The notes below the pieces were generated by a model, which was not told the DNA's origin, made no database searches, and saw nothing but the letters and a program-made list of their open reading frames with translations. Both the position numbers and the translations under genes were made by a program. A stretch of DNA of 32,425 nucleotides from Pseudomonadota bacterium (GTDB lineage: Bacteria; Desulfobacterota; Desulfobacteria; Desulfobacterales; JBDRRP01), in the NCBI GenBank assembly GCA_043825735.1, contig JBDRRP010000092.1, forward strand, positions 62,001 through 94,425. The letters are read 5' to 3'. Positions 8,187 to 17,268 of this stretch are shown here, one piece after another (the stretch's first letter is position 1; the number at the start of each line of letters is the position of its first letter).

Positions 8187-8957
8187 TCACAGGTCGATGA
8201 CATGCACCTCGGCCGCATCTTCCTGGCTGTAAGGGCCAAAAAGCAGGCTGGCGGGCGTTTCGGTGATCCGCACGTAATAGGACGCGCCCTCTTCCAGTTG
8301 GTTCTGGACGGCCCAGGCGGTGTACTTCTTTTCACCCAGTTCGATCTGCAGCCCTTTCATGGGATACTCCAGGACCGCCCGGGAGGGGAGCTTGCCGGCC
8401 GGCCCCACCCCGTGGGCGTCGATCCCGCCGCCGCTGACGCCCAACAGTGCCCCGCTCCATGTGGCCCCTTTGCCGGGCCCCACTTCCAGCCAGACCCCGA
8501 AACCCGCGTTGGCGTGGACGCTCAGCCTGTAGTCCGTTGCGACCTTGGGCACCGGGGTATTGGCCCGGGCCACGATCTTGGCGCCCAAGGAGGCGTTGGT
8601 GACGGCCATGACCGCGGCGCCCCGCAGCGGGGTGGGCAGGTTGGCCGGATCCATGTCTCCCGACGGCACGGCCCAGAGGATGGGAAACCCGTTGCCGCGG
8701 GCGGCCTGAACGCTGAGCGCCAAAAGGCTCAATCCGTACCGGACGCTGGCCGGCGCAATGTCGGTGGCGGCGCCTGCGATGACCCACAGATCGGCGCCGC
8801 CGGCAAGGTTCTCCAGCGCCGCCTGCCAGGCCATGTGCTCCAGATCGTCGACCCAGAAATGCCCGTTGGCGTCGAGGCCGTATTTTCGGGCCAGGCCGAG
8901 CAGGGTTGCCACCTGCGCTTCATCCCTTACGAGTGAGGTGATCCATACCTTTTTCAT
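8187..8957 (-). CDS. Hypothetical protein (256 aa), co-oriented with the T6SS genes
   Basis: Start set at ATG 8957 (AAAGGAA upstream). Plausible alpha/beta N-terminal half and beta-rich C-terminal half; no family recognised. Confidence 0.75.
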   Translation of the reverse strand: MKKVWITSLVRDEAQVATLLGLARKYGLDANGHFWVDDLEHMAWQAALENLAGGADLWVIAGAATDIAPASVRYGLSLLALSVQAARGNGFPILWAVPSGDMDPANLPTPLRGAAVMAVTNASLGAKIVARANTPVPKVATDYRLSVHANAGFGVWLEVGPGKGATWSGALLGVSGGGIDAHGVGPAGKLPSRAVLEYPMKGLQIELGEKKYTAWAVQNQLEEGASYYVRITETPASLLFGPYSQEDAAEVHVIDL

Positions 8958-8990
8958 GTCTATTCCTTTCATCCTGACAATGCTTCCAGC

Positions 8991-9395
8991 TCAACCCAGA
9001 CTCAGAACGGTCACCTGACTCGGCGTGATGCACATCCCTGGTGAATTGGGCATGACGCCCATGCAGTTTTGACCGGTGACTGACGTTAACCGCTGGGCCG
9101 GAAGGCCGTCGACAAAAATCGTGAAACATCCCACCATGTAGGCGGTTTCGCCGGAAATCATGTGAGAGACGACGCCGAGTTCCACACCGACGTCGTCGCC
9201 CAGGCTGACCAGTCCTTCGGAGAGTTGGTTGATCACGGGCATGCAGTCCACCAGCACGTTGTATGCGGCCGGTGCCGATGTGGCGGTTTCGGCCATGTCC
9301 GGGTATGGTATCGGCGTCGGCACCGGGCCGACGGGCGTCAGGCAGACGTCCGGAAATCCCAGATCTGTTCCCGCGCCCATGGTGAGCATAAACAT
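8991..9395 (-). CDS. DUF4150 PAAR-like spike-tip protein (TagD-like), cassette A
   Basis: True start ATG 9395 (AAGGAG RBS), 134 aa, motif GFPDVCLTPVGPVPTPIPYP; paralogous to 17269-17667 and 25614-26018; no C-terminal toxin. Confidence 0.9.
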   Translation of the reverse strand: MFMLTMGAGTDLGFPDVCLTPVGPVPTPIPYPDMAETATSAPAAYNVLVDCMPVINQLSEGLVSLGDDVGVELGVVSHMISGETAYMVGCFTIFVDGLPAQRLTSVTGQNCMGVMPNSPGMCITPSQVTVLSLG

Positions 9396-9464
9396 ACTGT
9401 TCTCCTTTTGCGATGTTACATGGCACGGGTGCGCCCTGTAACATTTCGATGTTTGCTTTTCCAA

Positions 9465-9508
9465 ATAACTATCGGCAGGCTCGGTTTTTTTGGCCTGCCG
9501 ATAGTTAT
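9465..9508 (-). terminator. Strong hairpin over the DUF3540 stop codon (terminator-like)
   Basis: Perfect 16-bp inverted repeat ATAACTATCGGCAGGC (9465-9480) / GCCTGCCGATAGTTAT (9493-9508); minus strand ends ...TAGTTATTT. Confidence 0.6.
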
Positions 9509-10164
9509 CCCATATGAATCTGTTCGGCTTGCATGGTGTGAAGCTCCTCGGAGATGTTGAGCGTGTTGCCCGCATGGGTGGTGAACGTGTCTTTTACAAG
9601 GTAGCGCGTGGAGTCGGTCTGGATTTCTTCGTGCTCTTCCACGTAGCGCTCGGTGTTTTTCAGCCGCTGGGTGAGGTGCCTGAAATTCTGCTCCACGGAT
9701 TTGGCCACGGTGACAATGCGGCGGGCCTGCTGATATACCGTGCGTCCCATGAGTGCGAGTTTTTCGATCACGACCTCACCGGTTTTCGATGTAACGCCCA
9801 GGCGCTGAGTCGTCACTTCGATGGACATGTTTCCTGTGAGCCCTAAAGCATCATCGGCGGTAATCTGCAACGACCCGTTTCTGGCATGCAGTTGCAGGTT
9901 CCCGTCTACGCTGAGCGCAGTCCCTTCCGATGAGTCGGCCTCTCTTTCCAGCACAGAAAGAATATAGACATTGCCGGTATCGTCGACGGATAGCAGTACG
10001 GTGTCTCCCGGCCGGGTGTCAACCAGGCAACTCACCGCACGGCGGGCATCCACGGCGCCAAAAGACGTCGCCACACGAAGGGCGCCTTCAGCGCGGCTGG
10101 CGATGACCCTGCCGTATTCCAGTGTCGGCTGCGGAATATCCTGTTTTAAAGCGATTGGGTTCAT
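9505..10164 (-). CDS. DUF3540 protein (TagC-like), cassette A
   Basis: 219 aa. ARRAVSCLV..PGDTVLL...YILSVLER N-terminal motif; beta-repeat C-terminus ending AEQIHMG. Confidence 0.88.
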   Translation of the reverse strand: MNPIALKQDIPQPTLEYGRVIASRAEGALRVATSFGAVDARRAVSCLVDTRPGDTVLLSVDDTGNVYILSVLEREADSSEGTALSVDGNLQLHARNGSLQITADDALGLTGNMSIEVTTQRLGVTSKTGEVVIEKLALMGRTVYQQARRIVTVAKSVEQNFRHLTQRLKNTERYVEEHEEIQTDSTRYLVKDTFTTHAGNTLNISEELHTMQAEQIHMG

Positions 10165-10187
10165 TACGGTCTCCTTCGTCTTTTCAG

Positions 10188-11249
10188 CTAACTTATGGGC
10201 GACGGCTGCCAGTCTTCGGCCTCAGCCATGTCCGCGTCTTCCCCCCGCAGGGGGAACTTGACGGCGCCGTCCCAGAGGGTGTGCTCTTCGATGGTTTTGT
10301 GAAAACGGGCCATGACCAGGTTGGCTCGGGTGAAATCGGCGGCGGTCAGATCCGCGTTCTTGAAATCGGTGTAGCGGCACGAACTTCCAATGAATTTGGC
10401 CGCCCGGAGGGAGGCTCCGGTGAACACGGCATGGGTGAGATCGGCCCCGGAGAGATCGGCCAGCGCCAGATCGGCCTCACCAAAATAAGAGTTGACCAGA
10501 ACGGCGTTTTTCAGGCTGGCTTCTTTCAGGATCGCCCCCTTGAACATGGCCTTGCCGGTCTTGACCCCGTCCAGCATCGCTCCGGTGAGATCAGCGTCGG
10601 AAAAATTGGAGTAGCCGATGTCCGCCCCCCTGAAAACAGCGCCTTTGAGATTGGCCCCGGACACGTTGACGGTGGAAAACCGGGCGTCGGCGAACTGCTG
10701 TCCGGCCAGGTTGCAGGCGGCCAGCAGGACCTTGAAAAAGTGGCAGCCTTGGAAGTTGACGCCCTGCATGTTGCAGTCCCGAAAGGACGCTTTGGTCAGT
10801 TCGGCGTTTCTCAGGTCCGCACCGGTAAGATTGGCATGGGCGCACAGCACTTTTTCGAAGCGTGTGCCTGCCATGTTGGCGCCGGCCAGGTTGGTATGCT
10901 GAAGTAGTGCCCAGGAGAAAAAAGTATCCCGGAAATCGACGCCCTGCAGATCGGCGTGCTGAAACTGGGTCTGGTAGACGGTGACCCCGCGCATACTGGC
11001 TCCGGTAAAGATCATTTTTCGCAAGTCGACTTTGCTCAGATCGGTGCCGTCCAACCGTGCCCCGGAGAAATCACAGCGCTTCAGGCCGGTGCGAAGAATG
11101 TTGACGCCGCGCAGATCAGCGTTTTGAAACCGCACATCCTCGAAGCGGCCGCCACTAAGATTGGCGCCGGAGAGGTCGAGCCCGGAGAGATCCACCCCCT
11201 TGAGGGTCCGGTTGCCGGCGATGGCCGAGAGAACGTCGTCGCGTGTCAT
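10188..11249 (-). CDS. Pentapeptide-repeat protein (TagB-like), cassette A
   Basis: 353 aa of A(D/N)(L/F)xx repeats; ATGA overlap with the upstream DUF2169 gene. Confidence 0.92.
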   Translation of the reverse strand: MTRDDVLSAIAGNRTLKGVDLSGLDLSGANLSGGRFEDVRFQNADLRGVNILRTGLKRCDFSGARLDGTDLSKVDLRKMIFTGASMRGVTVYQTQFQHADLQGVDFRDTFFSWALLQHTNLAGANMAGTRFEKVLCAHANLTGADLRNAELTKASFRDCNMQGVNFQGCHFFKVLLAACNLAGQQFADARFSTVNVSGANLKGAVFRGADIGYSNFSDADLTGAMLDGVKTGKAMFKGAILKEASLKNAVLVNSYFGEADLALADLSGADLTHAVFTGASLRAAKFIGSSCRYTDFKNADLTAADFTRANLVMARFHKTIEEHTLWDGAVKFPLRGEDADMAEAEDWQPSPIS

Positions 11250-14200
11250 GTGATATACTCGGTGCGTTTATGCAGCAGTGTGCGTTTGAGATTGGCGCCG
11301 TCAAAATTGGTCTCACCGACGATCGATTTGAACAGGTCCACGCCGAAGAGATTGGCCCCGGAAAGATCCGTGTTAACGAGGCGCGCTTTTTTCAGCGACC
11401 CTAGAAACAGGTTGATTCGTGACATATCGGCCGCTTCCAGATTCGACTTGGTGAATCGGGTTTTCTTGGCCGATACGCCCGCAAAGTTGGCCTGGCTGAG
11501 ATCGCAGTTTTCGATGATGGATCCTTCCAGGTCAGCGCCATCGAAGTTGGCGCCGCTGAGGGTGCTGTCGCGAAAAGCGCCCTGTTTCATGGTGATGCCG
11601 GTAAAATCGGCTCCAGAGAGCCGGGTGCCGCCGGCGATGCGCCCCTTGGTCATGTCGGCGCCGGCAAAACAAACGTTTTCACCGGTTGCGCCGTGGAGCA
11701 TGGTGGACGGAAACGCCGCACCTGAAAAATCGACCCGATCGAGCACGGTCCGCTTGAACAGGCATTTATGCAATCGTGCGCCGGAAAATACGGCGTCGCT
11801 GGCATCAGCGCCGGAAAAGACGCTCATATCGCAGTCGGCGTTTTTCAGATCGGCGCCGGCCATGTTGGCCTTGATCAGGACAGACATGAAAAACCGTGTG
11901 CCCTGGCAGACGACACCGCTGATATCTGCTTCCTTGAGCATACTCTGGATCACCTGGGCCCGGCTGAGATCCGCATTTTTAAACACGGCCCGGTTGAGAA
12001 TGCTTTTGTCAATCACCGCATCTCTCAGGTCGGTCGCTGAGAAATCGGCCTCGAGGGCGAGGGTCTGGTCCATCTTCAATCCCTGGAGTCGGCAGTTGGC
12101 AAAGACGGTTTTCATGCACTGGGCGCTGGAGAGATCGATGCCGCGAAGATCCAATCCGGAGAGGTCCACGCCGTTGAGGTTGGCCCCGGCCAGCGTCATA
12201 CCCCTCTCGTGGCGGGCAATGACCTCTTCGCGGGTCAATTTCTTCAGCCGATCCGGATCCACCCCGGTCGCGGCGAATTTTTGCTTTAATTCGTCAGGCA
12301 GTTCACCGGCTTTGACTTTTGCAACCTTCTCCCGGGCGGCCGCCAGTTTTTGCATGCCTTCTTTGAAGCGTGTCTCCGCGTCCTGCCCCATATGTTGCGC
12401 CTGTCCGGCGGCGTCGGTCATCTTGGCTTCGTTTTCCGCAGAAAGCATTCCTCCGGCCTTCATCGCATCGCGCTGAACGAGGATTCTGTCAGAAATGGCT
12501 TTTCCCGTCTCGGCGAAGCTTTTCTTTGCCGGCTGTAGGGCCATTAGCGCCGGATCTTTGCCGGCTTTCATCATGGCTTCCCGAGCCGTGGCTTCCATCT
12601 GACCCTTCACTGCGTTTATTTTGTCGATCATCGGCTGCTGCGCCGTCTTGAGGGCATCGCTGAAATTCTTGACCATGCTCTTGACGTCGAAAACGGGGAT
12701 GGCCAGGCCGGCCACCGGAGAACCCTTCGCATGTTTTCCCTTTTCCGGCAGCGTGAGATCGACTTTATTTGCTTCAGCCACGTCATCCGGGAGAAAAGAC
12801 ATCAACCAGTTGCGGAGACCTTCCTCTTTGTAGACGTCGAAGATGGTTTTGCCGATAGGCAGAACCGCCGGCGTGCCTTTTGGGATGGACTGCTGCCAGT
12901 GCAACCAATCTTCAGGAGTGCCGTTGCCGGCATCTGGAACCACCACCACGACGGCCGGGGCGGCGGTAAGGGCTTCGGTTGCGGCTTTGTCCGGTTTGTC
13001 TTCGACAGTGGCCATGGCCAAAACCGAGCAGCAGTCACCGATTTCCTGTTCCACCAGCCAGGCTTCCAGTTCGTCGGCGACACGGATCACCGGGGCGCCG
13101 TCGTCCACGGAAGGCAGAAACAGGGGCTGCGCCTGGGATTGGGGGACGAGATAGTCTTTGCTTCCGGCTGTCCACACCGTAGCGCGGACCCTGACGCTTG
13201 TCAGCGTGGCTTCGTGAAAGCGCGGCATGACCAGGCCGGATGGAATGCTCAGCGCTGCGGGCGGCATGCCCCAATCCGCCGCAGCCTCGGTTATCGGTTG
13301 CGGGGTGAGCCCCAGCCAGGCCCGCTTGATGGTATGGTCCGCGATTCCGATATCGTGGAGGCGCTTTCGCGCTGCGGCGTCCTTTTCAAGGTTTTTACGC
13401 CACTGGATCACCAACGGGAAACCGCGGTCGTGCCAGGGGTTGACCTTTTTTGGGGGAAGAAGATTGTCCGGATCGATGCCCGCCTGCTGGAGCTGTTCCG
13501 GTGTAAGCTTCGCTTTCAGCATGGCGCCGACATCGGCCTTGACTTTGTCGCCGCTGGCCTGGGCCCCGGCGGTTTTAGCCAGAATCTGGTCGAATTTTCC
13601 CCCCATGTGGCTGAACTTGGTCCGCATGCGGTCGAACATGGTTAGATCGATCGGCACCATATGGCCGTACTTGGCGTGCATGTCCCTGGCCAAGATTTCC
13701 TGCTTGTCCAGGTTGGCCATGCTCTCGGAGATGGTCTTTTTGGCGCCCTCCACGATTTCCCCGGGAGACCGGTGCATTCGCGGCGCTTTGCCGGTGGCCT
13801 TCAATTTAGCCGCCTCAAACTGCTTGGGGAGCTGGCGCATTTTTTTGAGCATGTCCGAAATTTTGGTATTGGCTTTCTCCAGCGGCGCCATATCCATCTC
13901 TACGGCACGGTTCCAGAGTTTCTTCTGCTCCTCCAAGTAATACTCCGGCGGCTGTGGGGGGTCGATCATGCGCTCGGCGGCCACGAAGATGCGATCGATA
14001 TCGGCGTATTCGTCGTCCAGCACCGGAATGGTGCCGCGGTAAACGGCCAGCCCCCGCTGAATGGTGGGAAACAGCCATACCGTGTCGATTTTCTGTTGCA
14101 CTTCTACAAATTCGGTTTCCGCGTCCTGCCGTAGGCTTTTCTTCCGGGTGACGAAACACCGGGGGCGTTGTCCCGGCAGCCGGGAGCGGATAGTCCGCAG

Positions 14201-14941
14201 GTCGGGGTGCATGTTGCGGATCTCGATGGTTTCGTCTCCCGCAAAGAACCCGTCGATGAACTGGTCGGCTGGCGTCGTGTTGAAGAACTCAGGGTCGAGA
14301 TCATCGGGAAACCACGGCCAGCGGTTATCGAGCCATTGCTTGTCGTAAGAGCCGGACTTGGTCATGCGCTGGGGCCACTGTAGGTCCAGTGCCCCCAACC
14401 CCGCAGGCGTCGGGCGGTCCTGCAAAGATCCGATGAGACGATCTGGGATTTCGATGTTGGGCAGCGTCACCCGCTGGCGCCCGTCCGGGAGGATTGCCTG
14501 GGCTATCCCCTTGCCCAGCGGGTTCTCCTTGAAATCCGCCCCGCCGAAGGCGTGGCGCCAATCGATCGGCATTTCGGAAAAATGAGACGGCTCGCTGATG
14601 AGGCCGTTGTTGCGCCAGTGGCGGTCTCCAAAGACGGTGAGGTGTTTTTCCAGTGACCCCACCCGTACCGCCACTTCGCCGGCAGGCGTCGTTTGACCAT
14701 GCGGGGCGAAACAGCTGCCGGTGACGAGCACTTCGCCATGGGGTTTGGGAAAGCCCTGATCCAGCGGCGTGTCGGCACCGAGCTGCCCCGGCAGCGTACT
14801 CCACAGTTCCTGCTCTTTGCAAAGTACCCCCTCCTGCTGCAGGTCGAAGTAGACCAGGGTGCTCACGGTGAGATAGCTCTGGCCGCGCAGGCCGAAGGTT
14901 TTTACCAGAATGCCGTATGTCCGTGGCTTATAGGTCTTCAT
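11246..14941 (-). CDS. DUF2169 + helical/TOPRIM-like insert + pentapeptide-repeat protein (TagAB-like), cassette A
   Basis: 1231 aa. DUF2169 motifs (PKPHGEVLVTG, VFGDRHW, WRHAFGG..ENPLGKG, LPNIE, GSYDKQW, IDTVWLFP); ~320 aa of pentapeptide repeats at the C-terminus. Confidence 0.92.
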   Translation of the reverse strand: MKTYKPRTYGILVKTFGLRGQSYLTVSTLVYFDLQQEGVLCKEQELWSTLPGQLGADTPLDQGFPKPHGEVLVTGSCFAPHGQTTPAGEVAVRVGSLEKHLTVFGDRHWRNNGLISEPSHFSEMPIDWRHAFGGADFKENPLGKGIAQAILPDGRQRVTLPNIEIPDRLIGSLQDRPTPAGLGALDLQWPQRMTKSGSYDKQWLDNRWPWFPDDLDPEFFNTTPADQFIDGFFAGDETIEIRNMHPDLRTIRSRLPGQRPRCFVTRKKSLRQDAETEFVEVQQKIDTVWLFPTIQRGLAVYRGTIPVLDDEYADIDRIFVAAERMIDPPQPPEYYLEEQKKLWNRAVEMDMAPLEKANTKISDMLKKMRQLPKQFEAAKLKATGKAPRMHRSPGEIVEGAKKTISESMANLDKQEILARDMHAKYGHMVPIDLTMFDRMRTKFSHMGGKFDQILAKTAGAQASGDKVKADVGAMLKAKLTPEQLQQAGIDPDNLLPPKKVNPWHDRGFPLVIQWRKNLEKDAAARKRLHDIGIADHTIKRAWLGLTPQPITEAAADWGMPPAALSIPSGLVMPRFHEATLTSVRVRATVWTAGSKDYLVPQSQAQPLFLPSVDDGAPVIRVADELEAWLVEQEIGDCCSVLAMATVEDKPDKAATEALTAAPAVVVVVPDAGNGTPEDWLHWQQSIPKGTPAVLPIGKTIFDVYKEEGLRNWLMSFLPDDVAEANKVDLTLPEKGKHAKGSPVAGLAIPVFDVKSMVKNFSDALKTAQQPMIDKINAVKGQMEATAREAMMKAGKDPALMALQPAKKSFAETGKAISDRILVQRDAMKAGGMLSAENEAKMTDAAGQAQHMGQDAETRFKEGMQKLAAAREKVAKVKAGELPDELKQKFAATGVDPDRLKKLTREEVIARHERGMTLAGANLNGVDLSGLDLRGIDLSSAQCMKTVFANCRLQGLKMDQTLALEADFSATDLRDAVIDKSILNRAVFKNADLSRAQVIQSMLKEADISGVVCQGTRFFMSVLIKANMAGADLKNADCDMSVFSGADASDAVFSGARLHKCLFKRTVLDRVDFSGAAFPSTMLHGATGENVCFAGADMTKGRIAGGTRLSGADFTGITMKQGAFRDSTLSGANFDGADLEGSIIENCDLSQANFAGVSAKKTRFTKSNLEAADMSRINLFLGSLKKARLVNTDLSGANLFGVDLFKSIVGETNFDGANLKRTLLHKRTEYIT

Positions 14942-14971
14942 CTTGAGTTGCCGTGTCCTGCCCTTGATCGG

Positions 14972-17215
14972 TTAGAGGATCTCCAGAACACCGATGAGCT
15001 GCATGTCTTCACCGTAGATTTCAGTACCGTCCAGTACGGCCTTGACTTCCTCGGCCACGGTCCTGTTGGCCGAAGCGATGACTTCGTTGACCTCTCCTTT
15101 GACGGTATTGGCGTTGCCGATAGCCACGTTGACTTCACCTTTGACGGTATTGGCGTTGCCGATGACGTCGTTGACTTCCCCTTTGACGGTATTGGCGTTT
15201 CCGATGGCCGCGTTGACTTCCCCTTTGGCGGTGTTGGCGTTTCCGATGGCCGCGTTGACTTCACCCTTGGCGGTATTGGCATTGCCGATGGCGGCGTTGA
15301 CTTCGCCTTTGACGGTGTTGGCGTTTCCGATGGCCGTGTTGACCTCACCTTTGACGGTATTTGCTGTGGCAATCGCCTGGTTCAGGTCGCCGGCCGCGGT
15401 GGTTACGCTTGCCTTCAATCGGTTTTCAACATTTGAGTAGGTCAACTTTTCCGGCAGCTGTACCTCGATCTGTCCGCCGAATACCATTTCGGTCTGAAGG
15501 CCGATCACCGTTTCCGATACTTCTCCCAAAATGATCTCGTTTTTGGCCTGTGCCGTGACATCAAGCAGTTTATGCGTGAACAGGTGGATACCCCAACTGT
15601 CCTCGGTTTGCGTTCCTGACTTACTCAAATCAGTGCCGGGCCCTTCGGCCTCCCATTTTTCCGGATCATTGGGCGCACCGATGCGGACGAAACTTCCCTG
15701 CTTCGGTGAATGCATCAGGATGCGCTCGCTGCCGTCCTTGTCCTCCATGTGGATTTTGTTGCCGCTGCTGGTGGTGATTTTGGCCATGGTCTGGTCGGCC
15801 CCGGTGACCGGGCTGGGGGTCTCCGGGTTGGGGGCCGCGCCGGCGATGACCGGCCGGTCAGGGTTGCCCTCGATGAAGGTGAGCAGAACCTCTGTGTTCT
15901 TGTGCAGGGGAAAATGCATGCCGTGATCACTGCCCCCATAAGGCTGGATCATGCGCAGCCAGGCGGAGGCCTTGCCCTGCTTTCGGCCGCTCATGTCGAA
16001 GGGGAGAATCACCTTGTAGCGGCCCTGCTCGTCGAGTTCGGCGTATTTGCCGCTGCCGGCCGCATCGATCTTGGCGTTCAGGGTGCCGGTGATTTTTGGC
16101 TGCTCGGCCGTTCGCGGACCTCTGAACTGCACCGTGGCCGGGATGGCGGTAAACTGATTCCGGTAATCGACGGCACGCTCCCTGTCGGAAAGCCCCTTTT
16201 GAATGCCTGAGATAAGATAGCCGGTCTGGCTTCCGGCATGCGTCATCTCTATGGTCAGGTACTTCTGGTCAAAGCTGCTGCGATAGTGGCCTTCAAGGAC
16301 GAAGGTGAAACCGGGGGAAACATAGGGAACGGTGCTTTCTCCAATAAACTCTCGCTTCCTGCACAACAGCTCCTGCGCACGGATTTTGGCCAGGCGGCTG
16401 CCCTCTTCGGGTGTCTTGAAATGCTCGCCGTAAACGAACCGCTCGCCGCGACCCTTGGGATCCACTTCGGCGTGGCCGATCATCTCCATGCTGGGTTTTT
16501 CGTAATTGTAGTCTTTGAGCAGCATGCTTTTTGGCAGCAGGTGCTGACGATTGACGAAGCCCTGAATGGACTCGGTACGGTGGGCGTCACCCAGACCACT
16601 GGGGGGTGAAAATTTCAGATCCCAGCCGTAACGGCTCTCCCTGTGGGCGATGGTCGCGTCGGTAAAGATGATCTTCTCTCCATGCTCGGTCTGTTCGAAA
16701 TAATAATAGATCCCTTCCCGCGCGAGCCAGCGGTCGATGAAGTTGAGGTGGCTTTCGCCATACTGGCAGACGTACAATTGGGGCTCGTAGGTGCCCTGGA
16801 GACGAAATTCGAAATCAAGGGCCGTCAGTCCGCCGTCCATCAGCACCGCTTCCACCATCTCTTTTACCGATTTGTCTAAGAACACCTGGTTGTGATAGGC
16901 CAGCGACAGCCACCAAAGTCTGGGAACCAGGGTGGCTTGATAGAAGACAAAGTCGTCGACGGCGTGCTGCTGCTCAAAGGTGGCAAGAATGCCGGAAAAT
17001 GAGACGTCGTTGCCCTCGTCGCGGTGGATGGTGAATTTTACAGGGCTTTCCATGATAGCGTCCAGATCGATCTCGGCATTGTCGGTGACCAGCCCGATGT
17101 CGAACCGGTAAGTCCGGGAAAGGCCCTCTTCACCGTTGAAATTGACCACCGCAAAGGTGTCTTTAGGCAGGGCGTTCGAGGTGAAGGAAAATTTCCGTTC
17201 GGTCAGGTACTCCAT
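14972..17215 (-). CDS. vgrG: VgrG/TssI spike protein, cassette A, with 14-aa tandem-repeat tail
   Basis: Start set at ATG 17215 (GGAGG RBS). Motifs GEEGLS, CQYGESHLNFIDRWLAREGIYYYF, DYNYEKP, DEQGRYKV, GMHFPL..EV...F.EGNPDRPVIAG. Confidence 0.95.
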   Translation of the reverse strand: MEYLTERKFSFTSNALPKDTFAVVNFNGEEGLSRTYRFDIGLVTDNAEIDLDAIMESPVKFTIHRDEGNDVSFSGILATFEQQHAVDDFVFYQATLVPRLWWLSLAYHNQVFLDKSVKEMVEAVLMDGGLTALDFEFRLQGTYEPQLYVCQYGESHLNFIDRWLAREGIYYYFEQTEHGEKIIFTDATIAHRESRYGWDLKFSPPSGLGDAHRTESIQGFVNRQHLLPKSMLLKDYNYEKPSMEMIGHAEVDPKGRGERFVYGEHFKTPEEGSRLAKIRAQELLCRKREFIGESTVPYVSPGFTFVLEGHYRSSFDQKYLTIEMTHAGSQTGYLISGIQKGLSDRERAVDYRNQFTAIPATVQFRGPRTAEQPKITGTLNAKIDAAGSGKYAELDEQGRYKVILPFDMSGRKQGKASAWLRMIQPYGGSDHGMHFPLHKNTEVLLTFIEGNPDRPVIAGAAPNPETPSPVTGADQTMAKITTSSGNKIHMEDKDGSERILMHSPKQGSFVRIGAPNDPEKWEAEGPGTDLSKSGTQTEDSWGIHLFTHKLLDVTAQAKNEIILGEVSETVIGLQTEMVFGGQIEVQLPEKLTYSNVENRLKASVTTAAGDLNQAIATANTVKGEVNTAIGNANTVKGEVNAAIGNANTAKGEVNAAIGNANTAKGEVNAAIGNANTVKGEVNDVIGNANTVKGEVNVAIGNANTVKGEVNEVIASANRTVAEEVKAVLDGTEIYGEDMQLIGVLEIL
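15071..15364 (-). repeat. Coding tandem repeat, 7 x 42 bp (ANT[V/A]KGEVNxxIGN)
   Basis: Seven consecutive 14-codon units visible in both DNA and protein within the vgrG-A 3' end. Confidence 0.95.
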
Positions 17216-17268
17216 CTTTCCTCCTGCTGATTGCCTTTCACTGGACACCGATTCAGCGGACCGTTGGA

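Noticed and set aside
9396..9575. N-terminal extension on PAAR-A
   Set aside because: Overlaps DUF3540-A and the intergenic hairpins; paralogues start at the MF position, which has a strong RBS.
10188..11249. Pentapeptide proteins as Qnr-type quinolone resistance genes
   Set aside because: Longer than Qnr proteins and embedded in T6SS Tag-like cassettes.
15071..15364. 42-bp repeats as a CRISPR array
   Set aside because: Units are contiguous with no unique spacers, vary mainly at codon third positions, lie in frame within vgrG, and no cas genes are present.
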